A stretch of DNA of 64,000 bases from an uncultured Gammaproteobacteria bacterium (GCA_964448705.1 CAYUZS010000001.1:114687-178686); one strand, 5' to 3'. Positions 18,782 to 28,862 are shown, counted from the first letter of the stretch. The notes: generated by a model from the sequence alone, not told the origin. Made by a program: numbers and translations.

Positions 18782-19819
18782 TTACAATAATATCAAGAAA
18801 CCAAGCAAAGTGACAATAACTCCGACAACTCCCAAGACTTGCCCCGGAAGTTCGAATCCGGCACTGGGCAAAATAATTCTGGTAGGACTGGGACCGGAAG
18901 CAAGAGCGGCAGTACCAGTGGGAATCGGAGGTGATGTTGGAGTAATAGTGGGAGTGGAGGATATGACCAAGGTGACAGTGGGGGTGGAAGTATTGGTGGG
19001 TGTAGAAGTCGGCTGAAGAGTACCAGTGGGGGTTGAGGTAGGAATTAATGTTTTTGTCGGAGTAAGAGTTCGGGTGGGAGTAAGAGTTCTGGTCGGAGTT
19101 AAGGAAAGAAATCTAGTTGGAGAAGGAGTGCGGGTGGGAGTTAAGGTTGGAGTAGAAGGCCGGGTGGGAGTTAGAGTGCGGGTGGGAGTAAGAGTTCTGG
19201 TCGGAGTTAAGGAAAGAAATCTAGTTGGAGAAGGAGTGCGGGTGGGAGTTAAGGTTGGAGTAGAAGGCCGGGTGGGAGTATTGGTAGGATTAGTTTGACA
19301 ATTTCGGTCAACAGTACTGATAAAACAATTGTTAGTGTAATCAATTTGCTGAACACCACAATAATTACTATCAAAACAAACAGAGGTGACATTACGGAGA
19401 GTTTCGACATTATCCTGACAACCGCCGGCAGTATCAAATCGATTCGGACATTTATATTTATTAACCACCGAAAGAGTACCACTGGTAGCAGTGATACAAC
19501 GACCAACGATCTGAGCATGGGCTTCTGAACAGGTAAAATTACTAGGATCAGTGCCGCCGCCCTCGGTTGGACAACGACCTGTATCCGGAGTTGTACACTG
19601 CCAGACTCCGGAAGTTGCTGAAGAAAAAGCAATACAAGTACAGAGAAAACCCGTGTTTTTACCGGAAGAATTTTGTTGGCAAGAAGTTCTGCCGACAGGA
19701 CTGCAAGTTTCGTCACCTGTGGCACGATTACGATTGTCCTGATTTTGTCTGACGAGATAAAGTCCCCCAAACATGGACAAAATTAACAAGACTAAACTAA
19801 ATATTCCGTATCTTTTCAT
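18782..19819 (-). CDS. membrane-anchored surface protein with Cys-rich ectodomain and Pro/Thr tandem-repeat linker
   Basis: N-terminal signal anchor, a domain with at least 14 Cys, 36-aa TPTRTLTPTRTLTPTRPSTPTLTPTRTPSPTRFLSL repeats, and a C-terminal hydrophobic segment preceded by ILPSAGFELPG. Confidence 0.5.
   Translation of the reverse strand: MKRYGIFSLVLLILSMFGGLYLVRQNQDNRNRATGDETCSPVGRTSCQQNSSGKNTGFLCTCIAFSSATSGVWQCTTPDTGRCPTEGGGTDPSNFTCSEAHAQIVGRCITATSGTLSVVNKYKCPNRFDTAGGCQDNVETLRNVTSVCFDSNYCGVQQIDYTNNCFISTVDRNCQTNPTNTPTRPSTPTLTPTRTPSPTRFLSLTPTRTLTPTRTLTPTRPSTPTLTPTRTPSPTRFLSLTPTRTLTPTRTLTPTKTLIPTSTPTGTLQPTSTPTNTSTPTVTLVISSTPTITPTSPPIPTGTAALASGPSPTRIILPSAGFELPGQVLGVVGVIVTLLGFLILL
19061..19294. 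repeat. 108-bp tandem repeat (two full copies plus one partial) encoding PT-rich linker
   Basis: The unit gtaagagttctggtcggagttaaggaaagaaatctagttggagaagg... occurs at 19079-19186 and 19187-19294, with a partial copy just upstream. Confidence 0.8.
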
Positions 19820-21129
19820 CTTCTAAGATAATATAGAGAAAATCCAAATAAGATTATTGATAATAATACGAGAAAATAAGTAGGAAAGGAACCACCTGTT
19901 TGATATAAAGTAGAAGAAGTGCTGGAAGGTGTGACCGTTTCTGTAATTGGAGTAATTGAAGGTTTAAGAGTGTCGGTCGGGGTTAAAACAACAGTAGTAG
20001 GAATAACAGCAGTAGTAGGAATAACGGAAGGAACGGCAGTGGGAATAATGGTAGCGGAAGACGAGGCTTGGTATGACGGGCCGTCATCATCTCCGGCCAG
20101 GACAGTGAAATTTCTGGTAACTGTTTCCCAAATACCAGTGGTAGTGTTTTGAACTTTAACGGTGATGGTGTGTTTACCGGGAGCTAAATCGCTTGGCGGC
20201 GACCAATGCCAGGAACCGGAATTATCGGCTAAGGACTCTCCATTAATAACAGTTTCGGAATTAACTTCGATAATAACTTTTGAACTGGCCGGTGCAGTGC
20301 CAAAAAAATCAGGACGGACAACATTCAGTGTTTCGTTATCCTGGGGATTAAAAATATCAACTGATTTTTCCGACTGAACATTGGTAGTATCAACAACTTT
20401 TCCGACAGGTAAGGATGTAACTTGAGGAGCGGCCAGAGAATCACGACCGATAACAATATCGGGAACAGGGTTGTTAAGAGCAGTGCTGTTGGTAACCTGA
20501 GTGGTTGTGCCGTCATCTGAAATAACCACAATGTCTTCGTCAGTGGCATTTTCCGGAGGAATGAACCAGTCTGTTTTAGAATCGTTAAAAGTACTGGCTA
20601 AAGAAACCGACCAGTTTCCGTCAGTGGTGATAAAAGACGAAAGCGGTGAGGCTCCGGGAATGTTGAGATAAACAAGAGCATTAACTGCAGGTTTAGACTC
20701 GGCATCAAAAACTTTTCCCCAAGCCAGATTGGAAGTCGGGAGAGAAGATACCGGATTGGAACCTGTTTCAAAAACAAAGCTGTTTTCGGTATAATTTTGA
20801 CCTCCGCTGATAATGGTGTAATTATAGGAAGTATTGTTTTTAAGGTTCCTAACCTGAAAATAATGAATTTTTGTGGCGGTATCGTTTTTGATATCCGATA
20901 AAAGTTGACCATTAACAGAGAGACTAACCAAACAGGAGGCCGAAGTTAGAAAAGAAATATCTGCGGTACTATTAGTAATATTGGTAACCTGAGAATTTAT
21001 AGGAATACAGTCGCCACTGGCTTTTGAACCCAAACTGGTTCTGTTAGTGGTTAAATAGATGCCGACAAAAAGAGCAATTATTAAAAATATCAGACCTAAG
21101 ATAGTGGGAAAGCGTTTTTCTTTATTCAT
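19816..21129 (-). CDS. Thr/Ser-rich surface protein, N-terminal signal anchor, C-terminal TM with RR tail
   Basis: 437 aa. The C-terminus ..STLYQTGGSFPTYFLVLLSIILFGFSLYYLRR has a motif-hydrophobic-basic-tail layout like a sorting signal. Rich in N-x-T sequons. Confidence 0.45.
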   Translation of the reverse strand: MNKEKRFPTILGLIFLIIALFVGIYLTTNRTSLGSKASGDCIPINSQVTNITNSTADISFLTSASCLVSLSVNGQLLSDIKNDTATKIHYFQVRNLKNNTSYNYTIISGGQNYTENSFVFETGSNPVSSLPTSNLAWGKVFDAESKPAVNALVYLNIPGASPLSSFITTDGNWSVSLASTFNDSKTDWFIPPENATDEDIVVISDDGTTTQVTNSTALNNPVPDIVIGRDSLAAPQVTSLPVGKVVDTTNVQSEKSVDIFNPQDNETLNVVRPDFFGTAPASSKVIIEVNSETVINGESLADNSGSWHWSPPSDLAPGKHTITVKVQNTTTGIWETVTRNFTVLAGDDDGPSYQASSSATIIPTAVPSVIPTTAVIPTTVVLTPTDTLKPSITPITETVTPSSTSSTLYQTGGSFPTYFLVLLSIILFGFSLYYLRR

Positions 21130-21350
21130 GGGAAGATCGATTCAGCCGAATAATATTTTCGGTTTTGAATTTCATCGAGGGTTTTAGTATCTAGATTGGG
21201 ATTAATCGGTTTTAAAATGTCACTGGTTTTGATTTCATTTGAAGGTCCGATTAAGTTGGAATAACTTTGTTGAACAATAAAAACAAAAATAGCCAAAAAA
21301 GTGAAAATACTGACTAATAGAAGATAGGTAGTAATTTTATTTTTGATCAT
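21126..21350 (-). CDS. small membrane protein (hypothetical)
   Basis: Track ORF 21126..21443, internal start MIKNKITTYLLLVSIFTFLAIF preferred to limit overlap with the upstream gene. One TM segment. Confidence 0.25.
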   Translation of the reverse strand: MIKNKITTYLLLVSIFTFLAIFVFIVQQSYSNLIGPSNEIKTSDILKPINPNLDTKTLDEIQNRKYYSAESIFP

Positions 21351-22002
21351 TTGTTTTTGGAGACCAATAATAAAAATTAGCAGTAAAGTCCGTGGAAACA
21401 GATCCGGATGGGGCGGCACTTTCGGTTGACTCTGAGGCGGCAATACCTCTGGTTACTCCAACACCGATGGAATTGATATTAATCAGACGACGATTTTTCA
21501 GCAATTCGGAAACTAATTTAACTGCAGAATTAAACTGACCTTCAATATTAAGAGATATAGTGTAAATTCCGACATTGGGATCAATACTCTTTTTGGAATT
21601 ATTTTGGAAACCGTACTGTAAGGTGGAAATATTTAAACCGGCATCCTGGCCGCTTTTTTGAATTTGATTGGCAGCCTGATAAAATTGGGGAGTATCCGGA
21701 AGACTGTCATTAACAATTTGATAATGTTCCTGAACTTCGGAAAAAACCTCCTGAGCAGCAACAACCTTGTCGATTTTAGTTTTTAGCTGGGTTTTAAGAA
21801 TTTGCTTTGATTTTATTTCTCCAACCAAAGAAGAAATAGTTAAGGCGGTGGGGCGGATGGCAAAAATTAAGAAGAAAATAATTAAAACGAAAGTAGCGGT
21901 TATTTCCAATGATTTAAGAAAACGCTGATTCTCCTGTTTTTTCCTAACATAGTCCATGAGAGGCCGGAGCCGGTTCATTTGGTTGCTGATAATGGGGTTC
22001 AT
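21337..22002 (-). CDS. PilO-like bitopic membrane protein (type IV pilus alignment-complex-like)
   Basis: Short cytoplasmic N-terminus, one TM segment, then a coiled-coil and a C-terminal domain. 4-nt overlap with the PilN-like gene upstream. Confidence 0.4.
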   Translation of the reverse strand: MNPIISNQMNRLRPLMDYVRKKQENQRFLKSLEITATFVLIIFFLIFAIRPTALTISSLVGEIKSKQILKTQLKTKIDKVVAAQEVFSEVQEHYQIVNDSLPDTPQFYQAANQIQKSGQDAGLNISTLQYGFQNNSKKSIDPNVGIYTISLNIEGQFNSAVKLVSELLKNRRLININSIGVGVTRGIAASESTESAAPSGSVSTDFTANFYYWSPKTNDQK

Positions 22003-22562
22003 TTTTTTACTCCTGAAAAAACGAGAGAAAGATTAACATGGTATTGATTTTCCCGGGCCTTTTTTTCGATGGTCTGAATATCAACAGAAGAGATATTGGG
22101 ATTAACAATAAGATTAGTTATAAAGTTGACGATAGAACTTTCCTGATATGTGGACAAACTGACTTCGGCATTAACATCCCCTTCTTCATTCAGACCGACA
22201 CTTAAACCGGTGAAGGTAATATCCAAAGGAGTACTTTCGGTTAGTGTTTGGATTTTGTCTTGATATTGCGGTTGATTCTCGTAATAGGTTTTAATAAGTG
22301 TAAGCCGTTTTTGTAGTTGTGAATATTCATTTTCAAAACTACTGGTACTTTCGAGGATAGCTTTTTGCTGTCTTACGGCTTCTGAGAGATCGGAATTGAT
22401 ACGATCCAGCCAAAACCGGGAAATAAAAGCACCAACAACAATTAGCTCGGTAAAAACGATGACATAGCGACCAATAGTGGACAGCCATCTGATTATCCGA
22501 GCCGAAAGAGAGTCGGCATTTTCCTCATTAGGCAAGAGGGAAATCTCTTTTTTGGCAGGCAT
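21999..22562 (-). CDS. PilN-like protein
   Basis: The N-terminal cytoplasmic ISLLPNEE matches the conserved PilN 'INLLP' motif. It is followed by one TM segment and a periplasmic coiled-coil. Confidence 0.5.
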   Translation of the reverse strand: MPAKKEISLLPNEENADSLSARIIRWLSTIGRYVIVFTELIVVGAFISRFWLDRINSDLSEAVRQQKAILESTSSFENEYSQLQKRLTLIKTYYENQPQYQDKIQTLTESTPLDITFTGLSVGLNEEGDVNAEVSLSTYQESSIVNFITNLIVNPNISSVDIQTIEKKARENQYHVNLSLVFSGVKK

Positions 22563-22581
22563 AATAACAGTATATATAAAT

Positions 22582-24192
22582 TTAGCGGGAAAGAAAACGT
22601 TTCAACTTTTCAAAATAGCGAAGATAGTCTTTATATTCTTCAATTGACAACTGTTTGGATAAAATTGCAAAGACGATAAAACCAATCAAAGAAGAGATAC
22701 TGGAGAGAATAATTAAATAGAAAGTTTTTGAGGTGTCGAAGACGAAAACATCAAGGAACCTGAGGCTTAACCATGAAGCGATTCCCATGCCGATTGAGGC
22801 CAGCAATATTTTGAAGAAATGATAGAAAGTTTTGTCCCAACCTGAACCATCAACCACGCGGATGAAAAAATAAAATAAACCAAGACCTTGTGTCAGATTT
22901 CCCAAGGAGGCACTGACAGCCAAGCCAACAATACCAAGATCGGTGAAATTAATCAAAAGATAGCTGGTAACGATATTAACTATCAAAGAAACCGCTGAAA
23001 TTTTTAGAGGTGTCCGGGTATCGTGTAAGGCATAAAATGAACGAATTAAAATCTGAATCACAGCTTGAGATACAATTGCCGGGGTAAGATAGGCCAAAGT
23101 TTTAGCAGTTAACAAGGTAGCCGCCCAGGGAAATTGTTTAGCACCAAAAGCAATACGAATAATGGCGATGCGATGAATCAGAACTAAAGTGGTGATAGGG
23201 GCGGCAATATATAAACTTTGAGTCAGTGTTTTTCGAACAGTATCGCGAAAAATAGTAAGTTCATTCCGGGCTATATTTTTGGAGAGAATGGGCAGAGAAG
23301 CCTGGCCAATAGTGGTGCCAAAGATGCGGCTGGGAAGATACATGATTTGCATGGCCAGATTGAGCAAGGAAATTGAACCGGCGGCCAGGGAGCTGGCAAA
23401 AAATAAAGTAACCGTGTTTTCAATTTCACCCAAGCCGAGAGATAAAGTCCGGGGAATCATAAGCCTGATTATTTCTTTAACCCCTTCCAAACCGGAGCTA
23501 ATAGAAAAAGAATATTTGAAACCAAATTTTTTAATCAAAGGAATTTGAATCGCCAAATGAAAAAATGCACCGACAACAGTACCGTAAGTTACCCCATAGA
23601 TACCGAAAATCGGAGCCAGGGTAAAAATACTGAGAATGATAAAAAGGTTGTAGACAATCGGAGAAAGTGAAGGAACAATAAACATCTGATGAACCTGGAG
23701 AATACCGGTTAAAAAATTACTGACCAGAAAAAATATTTGGGCAATCAACAAAATTCTCGTTAGACTGGCCATTAAATCCAGTTGATACGGAGTAAAACCA
23801 CTGGCAATAATTTCGGAAAAAGGTCTGGCAAAAATAAATACCACCAAAGAGACAAAGATGAATAAAATAAGCAGTAAATTTATTACCGTGGAAGCGATCT
23901 GATACGCTTTCTTTTCGTCTTTATGAAGATAACTACTAAAAACCGGGATAAACGAGGCTGAGAGAGCTCCGGTTACCAGTAATTTAAAAATTAAGTCCGG
24001 GAGTCGAAAGGCGGCATTGTAGGCATCCAGATCCAAAACGCAACAATTGAAAAAATGGGCGTAGAGAAATTTGCTCCGAAAAAGACCAAGCAAAGCTGAA
24101 ATGGCAAAAGTAATTCCTAAAACAAGACTGGCGGAAAAAATACTATTCTGTTTTCTGGTTCCAAGGGAGGTTAACAGAAATTTAAGGTTCAT
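22582..24192 (-). CDS. murJ: MOP-superfamily flippase, MurJ/MviN-like lipid II flippase
   Basis: 536 aa with about 14 TM segments. Size and N-terminal pattern fit MurJ, but a Wzx-type polysaccharide flippase cannot be excluded. Confidence 0.55.
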   Translation of the reverse strand: MNLKFLLTSLGTRKQNSIFSASLVLGITFAISALLGLFRSKFLYAHFFNCCVLDLDAYNAAFRLPDLIFKLLVTGALSASFIPVFSSYLHKDEKKAYQIASTVINLLLILFIFVSLVVFIFARPFSEIIASGFTPYQLDLMASLTRILLIAQIFFLVSNFLTGILQVHQMFIVPSLSPIVYNLFIILSIFTLAPIFGIYGVTYGTVVGAFFHLAIQIPLIKKFGFKYSFSISSGLEGVKEIIRLMIPRTLSLGLGEIENTVTLFFASSLAAGSISLLNLAMQIMYLPSRIFGTTIGQASLPILSKNIARNELTIFRDTVRKTLTQSLYIAAPITTLVLIHRIAIIRIAFGAKQFPWAATLLTAKTLAYLTPAIVSQAVIQILIRSFYALHDTRTPLKISAVSLIVNIVTSYLLINFTDLGIVGLAVSASLGNLTQGLGLFYFFIRVVDGSGWDKTFYHFFKILLASIGMGIASWLSLRFLDVFVFDTSKTFYLIILSSISSLIGFIVFAILSKQLSIEEYKDYLRYFEKLKRFLSR

Positions 24193-24256
24193 TGGCTAAT
24201 TATAGACGATAGATAAAATGTTGTATTTAAGTAGATCTTAAGATAAAATACTTTCC

Positions 24257-24589
24257 ATGCCAATCAGTCGTTCATCTAAAAAATCACTGCGAAAATCGAT
24301 TAAAAATCGTAAAGACAACTTACACCTTAAAAATAAATTTAAGGAAATTGTCAAGAAATTCTTAGCTTCACCAAAAGCTGAAGAGGTTTCTAAAGTACAA
24401 TCAGTTCTCGATAAAGCCGTAAAAAAAGGCATTCTTCACAAGAATAAGGTTGCCCGGCTCAAATCACAGATCAGTAAAAAAGCCGCCCAAGGGACAGTAG
24501 AAAATAAAAAGATTGTCAAAAAGGCAGCCGCTAAAAAAGTAACCAAAAAACCCGCAAAGAGAACCGCAAAAGAAAAGATGTCTAAATAA
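24257..24589 (+). CDS. rpsT: 30S ribosomal protein S20 with Lys-rich C-terminal extension
   Basis: N-terminus ..SSKKSLRKSIKNRKDNLHLKNKFKEIVKKF and KKGILHKNKVARLKSQ match the S20 family. An extra roughly 25-aa KKAAAKKVTKKPAKR tail follows. Confidence 0.75.
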   Translation: MPISRSSKKSLRKSIKNRKDNLHLKNKFKEIVKKFLASPKAEEVSKVQSVLDKAVKKGILHKNKVARLKSQISKKAAQGTVENKKIVKKAAAKKVTKKPAKRTAKEKMSK

Positions 24590-24627
24590 TTGAGTATACT
24601 TACTTAATTATTTAACATATTCTTCCA

Positions 24628-26034
24628 ATGAAAAAATTTTACGTTACTACCCCAATTTACTACATCAATGCCGAACCGAGCATCGGATCAGCCTGCACAA
24701 CTGTAGCCGCCGATATTGTCGCCAGATTACACAAACAATCAGGAGAGGAAACATTCTCGTTGACCGGAACCGATGAGCACGGAGAAAAAATAGCCGAAAC
24801 AGCAGAAAAGGCCGGCGTATCCCCTATTTCATGGTGCGATGATATGGCACCAAAATTTGTTGAAGCCTGGAAACTATTGGATGTAGATAATGACTTTTTC
24901 ATCAGAACAACCGATCCGAGACACGAAAAAATAGTCGTGGAAGTGCTGCAAAAAATTTATGATGCCGGTGATGTTTACAAGGATAAGTATGAAGGCTGGT
25001 ATTGTACCGGCTGTGAAGCATTTAAAACCGAAAAGGAACTGGTGGACGGACACTGTCCAATGCATCCTCCGGAAAAGACGGTGAAAAAATCCGAAGAAAA
25101 TTGGTTTTTTAAACTGTCTAAATATGTACCGAAAATAATCGAATTAATAGAGAATCCGGAAACAAACTATATTTTCCCGGAAAGCAAAAGACTTGAAATT
25201 TTGGCAAAATTGAAAGCCGGAGTGAATGATATTTCCATTTCCAGAGAAAAAGTAAAATGGGGAATACCGGTGCCATGGGATCCAAAACATACTATTTATG
25301 TGTGGATTGATGCTCTGATTAATTATTACAGCGCCACCCGGTTTTTGGAAAACAAAGCTGATTTTTGGCCGGCAAACTTACACCTCTTAGGAAAAGAAAT
25401 TTTATGGTTTCACACGGTTATTTGGCAGGCGATGCTGATGTCAGCCGATCTACCTCTACCGAAAAAAACTTATATTCACGATTTCTACACTATTGACGGA
25501 GAAAAAATGTCTAAATCTCTGGGAAATACTATTCCACCAAAAGAAATGGTGGATTTATTCGGGACCGACGGAGCCAGATATCTTATCGCCAGATCATTTC
25601 CAACCAACGGCGACGTGGATGTAGGAATAGCCAGATTTAAGGAAAAATACAATGCAGACTTAGCTAATAATTTAGGTAATTTGGTGAGCCGAATTTGTAA
25701 ATTAGGAGAGGGTGATAATTACGGAAAAACAATTGTTGAACGGGACAAACATTTTGATGAACTGGTCGACGACTTAAAATTTGACGAAGCGATTAACTAT
25801 ATATTTACCTCATTTGTCGACAGCTCAAATTTACGACTAAACAATGACAAACCATGGACTTTAGAAAAAGACAATCAAATCAGGAAGGAATGTTTATCGG
25901 TCTGCCGCAGCAATTTACAGAAAGCAGCACATCATCTTTGGCCGATAATGCCAAAAACTTGTGAGAAAATAGAGGCATTGTTAAAAGATGAGATTAAACC
26001 ACTGAAAGATGGTTTGTTTCCAAGAATAAAATGA
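24628..26034 (+). CDS. metG: methionine--tRNA ligase (short form, no C-terminal tRNA-binding domain)
   Basis: HIGS-type region YVTTPIYYINAEPSIGSACTTVAADIVARLHK, a CTGC/CPMH zinc knuckle, and KMSKSLGN. Ends with TGA, with a 4-nt overlap (ATGA) into tatD. Confidence 0.9.
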   Translation: MKKFYVTTPIYYINAEPSIGSACTTVAADIVARLHKQSGEETFSLTGTDEHGEKIAETAEKAGVSPISWCDDMAPKFVEAWKLLDVDNDFFIRTTDPRHEKIVVEVLQKIYDAGDVYKDKYEGWYCTGCEAFKTEKELVDGHCPMHPPEKTVKKSEENWFFKLSKYVPKIIELIENPETNYIFPESKRLEILAKLKAGVNDISISREKVKWGIPVPWDPKHTIYVWIDALINYYSATRFLENKADFWPANLHLLGKEILWFHTVIWQAMLMSADLPLPKKTYIHDFYTIDGEKMSKSLGNTIPPKEMVDLFGTDGARYLIARSFPTNGDVDVGIARFKEKYNADLANNLGNLVSRICKLGEGDNYGKTIVERDKHFDELVDDLKFDEAINYIFTSFVDSSNLRLNNDKPWTLEKDNQIRKECLSVCRSNLQKAAHHLWPIMPKTCEKIEALLKDEIKPLKDGLFPRIK

Positions 26035-26759
26035 TTGATACCCACGCCCACATCGAAAATTCGGATGAACATTTAGGAATTGATAATTTGAAAGCAGTAA
26101 TCCTGTCGGCGGCAAATATTGAAACTTCTAAAATGAATCTAAAACTGGCGGAAAAGTATCCCAATATGTTTGCCGCTATCGGAGTTCACCCTCTGGAAAT
26201 AGGAAAAGTAGATGAACAAATTGATATTTTAGACAGAATGGCGGAGGAAAATCCAAATGTGGTCGCCATCGGTGAATGCGGATTAGACTACAGCCAAGAA
26301 ATAGATAAATTGAAACAGGAAATACTGTTCCGCGGACAGATTGCGATCAGTTTGAAACATAAAAAACCACTGATTGTCCATAGCCGGGAAGCCTCTGATG
26401 AAACTCTGGAAATTTTAAAAAGCTACAAGGGATTAAAAGGAGTAATCCACTGCTACAGCGGCGGAAAAAAAAGAATTAAAAGGTATCTGGATATAGACGG
26501 AAAATGGTATTTTGGAATTGACGGAAATTTAACTTACGAGGACGGTTTGATTGAAGTTGTGAAAGAAATACCTAAAGACAGGTTATTATTAGAGACAGAC
26601 AGTCCGGAACTGACACCAGTCCCCCACAGAGGTAAAAAAAATCAACCAAATTGGGTGGAATTTGTCTATAAAAAAACAGCCGAAATTTGGAATCTGAGTT
26701 TTGAAGAGACGGAAAAAATAATTGATAAAAACGCGGAAACTCTGTTTGGATTAAAATAA
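26031..26759 (+). CDS. tatD: TatD-family metal-dependent deoxyribonuclease
   Basis: MIDTHAHI.., GECGLDY and HSR motifs of TatD hydrolases. 242 aa. Confidence 0.85.
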   Translation: MIDTHAHIENSDEHLGIDNLKAVILSAANIETSKMNLKLAEKYPNMFAAIGVHPLEIGKVDEQIDILDRMAEENPNVVAIGECGLDYSQEIDKLKQEILFRGQIAISLKHKKPLIVHSREASDETLEILKSYKGLKGVIHCYSGGKKRIKRYLDIDGKWYFGIDGNLTYEDGLIEVVKEIPKDRLLLETDSPELTPVPHRGKKNQPNWVEFVYKKTAEIWNLSFEETEKIIDKNAETLFGLK

Positions 26760-26772
26760 AAGAGAAAAGAAA

Positions 26773-27012
26773 TTAGGTATAGTCGGAAATCAAATTTTCC
26801 AATTCTTTTTGAGAGGGATATTTGTCGATAAGAGCAACTTCGCCGTTAATCAAAAGAATGGTACTACCCTGATAACCCATTGAATAAACACGATTCATAT
26901 CTTTAAGATATTCCGGAGCACAATCAAGCTGCAGACGCTGGCAAACCATATCTAAATCGGCAAAAAGTTTTTTGCCCTGCGGTAAACCGCGATCAAAAAG
27001 TTGTATCCTCAT
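26773..27012 (-). CDS. small thioredoxin-fold protein (glutaredoxin-like, no canonical CXXC)
   Basis: 79 aa. The C-terminus ..STILLINGEVALIDKYPSQKELENLI resembles the Grx/Trx-like 'vP.v.i.g..v.g...' end, but the CxxC motif is replaced by CQRLQLDC. Confidence 0.35.
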   Translation of the reverse strand: MRIQLFDRGLPQGKKLFADLDMVCQRLQLDCAPEYLKDMNRVYSMGYQGSTILLINGEVALIDKYPSQKELENLISDYT

Positions 27013-27056
27013 GATTAGTTGTTAATTATTAACTAATTTCCAAAAAATCAGTGGAA

Positions 27057-27824
27057 TTATATTTTTCGGAGATTTGATAAGTCGATAGTTGATTGTATCA
27101 AGGAGGCGACAGTCATCGGACCAACACCTCCAAAAGTGGGGGTAAGATAACTACATTTTTCCGAAACCAACTGAAAATCAACATCACCGGAGGCGGCGTC
27201 GACCACAACAGCGCCGGATTTTATCATATCAGCATTAACCATATTTTTGACTCCGGTGGCAGAAATCAGAAGATCGGCGGTCAGAGTATGGGTTTTAATA
27301 TCGACTGTTTTGTCGTTAAGCAATTCAACATTTGCCCGACGTTTTTCAAAAACAGTTTTCAGAGGTTGACCGATTAGTTGACTATCGTTGATGACAACCA
27401 CTTTTTTATTTTCAAAATTTAGGTGATATTCATCCAAAAGACGAATTATGCCTTTTACAACCGCCGGCAGAACTCCGGAATTGGGATTTAGACCATCAAC
27501 ATCTTTGTGAGGAGCGATAGTTTGGACGATGGCCGGTTGATTAAAATGAGGCGGTAAAGGAAGCTGAACAAAAAAACCGGTAACAGAAGGATCATCATTT
27601 AAAGACGTAATCAGGGACAAAATATCCGACTGAGAAACAGTTTCCTCCAATCGATGAACTAGACACTTTAAGCCTATTTCCCGGCATTTTTTTTCTTTAA
27701 TAGCGACATACAATTCGGAAGCGGGATTGTGGCCAACCAAAATAATATGAAGACAAACGGATGGGGAAATATTTATCCCGGAGAGAATTTTTTGAGAAAG
27801 TGATTTTCCATCCAAAAGAATCAT
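27057..27824 (-). CDS. folD: bifunctional methylenetetrahydrofolate dehydrogenase/cyclohydrolase
   Basis: FFVQLPLPPHFN...DVDGLNP, plus Rossmann VVVINDSQLIGQPL. 4-nt overlap with map upstream. Confidence 0.85.
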   Translation of the reverse strand: MILLDGKSLSQKILSGINISPSVCLHIILVGHNPASELYVAIKEKKCREIGLKCLVHRLEETVSQSDILSLITSLNDDPSVTGFFVQLPLPPHFNQPAIVQTIAPHKDVDGLNPNSGVLPAVVKGIIRLLDEYHLNFENKKVVVINDSQLIGQPLKTVFEKRRANVELLNDKTVDIKTHTLTADLLISATGVKNMVNADMIKSGAVVVDAASGDVDFQLVSEKCSYLTPTFGGVGPMTVASLIQSTIDLSNLRKI

Positions 27825-28576
27825 TTGGTTAACACCTCCGCTCCATGAGGAGTAATTAAAACGGTATGTTCAAACTGAGCGGATAAGGAACCGTCGCGGG
27901 TGCGGATTGTCCAACCATCATGAGAGTCGAGAGTTACCCGCCAATCGGTGGAAGCATTAATCATCGGTTCGATAGTAAAAATCATGCCCGGTTTTAGAAC
28001 AATATCGCCTTCTGAGGTCCGATGGTGAAAAACAAAAGGATCTTCATGAAATTTTAGACCAACTCCATGACCACCAAGCTCCCGTACCGGAGCGTATCCA
28101 AACGGAGTGACATATTTTTCGATAACGGCACCGACACATTCATTAAGATGTTTGCCCGGTTTTAGGGATTGAATTGCCATATCTAAAGAAGTTTTTACCC
28201 GCTGCAGCAATAATTTATTTTCAGTAGAGATTTTTCCAACTCCATAAGTAGCAGAAGTGTCTCCATAATATCCGTCTAAGATAGTGGTGACATCAATGTT
28301 GATAATGTCCCCTTCCCGAAGAAGTACTTTTGGCGAGGGGATGCCGTGGCAAACAACATTATTGATGGAAGTACAGATGCTTTTTGGATAACCATTATAA
28401 TTTAAGGGAGCGGCGACGGCGTGATTTTGACTGATAAAATCTTTGGCAATTTGATCCAAATATTCGGTACTGACACCCGGTTTTATCGCCTCGGAAACAT
28501 AAAGCAAGGTTTTGGCAGCAAGTTTTGAGGCACGACGAATACCCTTTATCTGAAGAGGCGTTTTAATGGTAACCAT
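27821..28576 (-). CDS. map: type I methionine aminopeptidase
   Basis: VVCHGIP, DIINIDVT, HGVGLKFHE and EPM motifs (metal ligands D, D, H, E, E). 251 aa. Confidence 0.9.
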   Translation of the reverse strand: MVTIKTPLQIKGIRRASKLAAKTLLYVSEAIKPGVSTEYLDQIAKDFISQNHAVAAPLNYNGYPKSICTSINNVVCHGIPSPKVLLREGDIINIDVTTILDGYYGDTSATYGVGKISTENKLLLQRVKTSLDMAIQSLKPGKHLNECVGAVIEKYVTPFGYAPVRELGGHGVGLKFHEDPFVFHHRTSEGDIVLKPGMIFTIEPMINASTDWRVTLDSHDGWTIRTRDGSLSAQFEHTVLITPHGAEVLTK

Positions 28577-28649
28577 GACGAATTATAGCTTATTTTCCAA
28601 AAAATGATTACTCTTTTGGCTTTTTTTATTAAAAGCGGGTAAAATCTAG

Positions 28650-28862
28650 GTGATGAATCATACCAAAGATCTTGGTGTTGGTTTAGGAATGTTGATCACT
28701 ATACTGGGCGCCAATAGAAAAACTTTTGCTGCGGGGGCGGAATCGATGACCGCCAAAGACGGAAATCTCTTATTTTGGTTTTTAATGGCAATAATTGGAT
28801 TATTGGGGATAATTATAATTATCCAAGTTTGGCCGGAGAAAAAGAAAAAAGAAGAATCTTGA
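28650..28862 (+). CDS. small hydrophobic protein (hypothetical)
   Basis: 70-aa ORF with two hydrophobic segments and a KKKKEES tail. Its stop overlaps the sodA -35 region. Weak RBS. Confidence 0.25.
   Translation: MMNHTKDLGVGLGMLITILGANRKTFAAGAESMTAKDGNLLFWFLMAIIGLLGIIIIIQVWPEKKKKEES

Noticed and set aside
18810-20912. Plus- and minus-strand alternative-frame ORFs across the Thr/Pro-rich genes (e.g. 19026..19298 'VGVRV' repeats, 19249..19770, 19919..20152, 20598..20912)
   Set aside because: They are artefacts of translating repetitive PT-coding DNA in other frames. The main frames have signal peptides, anchors and consistent domain structure.
22582-24192. PilM/PilB/PilC partners for the PilN/PilO-like genes in the upstream ORF
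   Set aside because: The upstream gene is a 14-TM MOP-family flippase (MurJ-like), not an actin-like PilM or a secretion ATPase.
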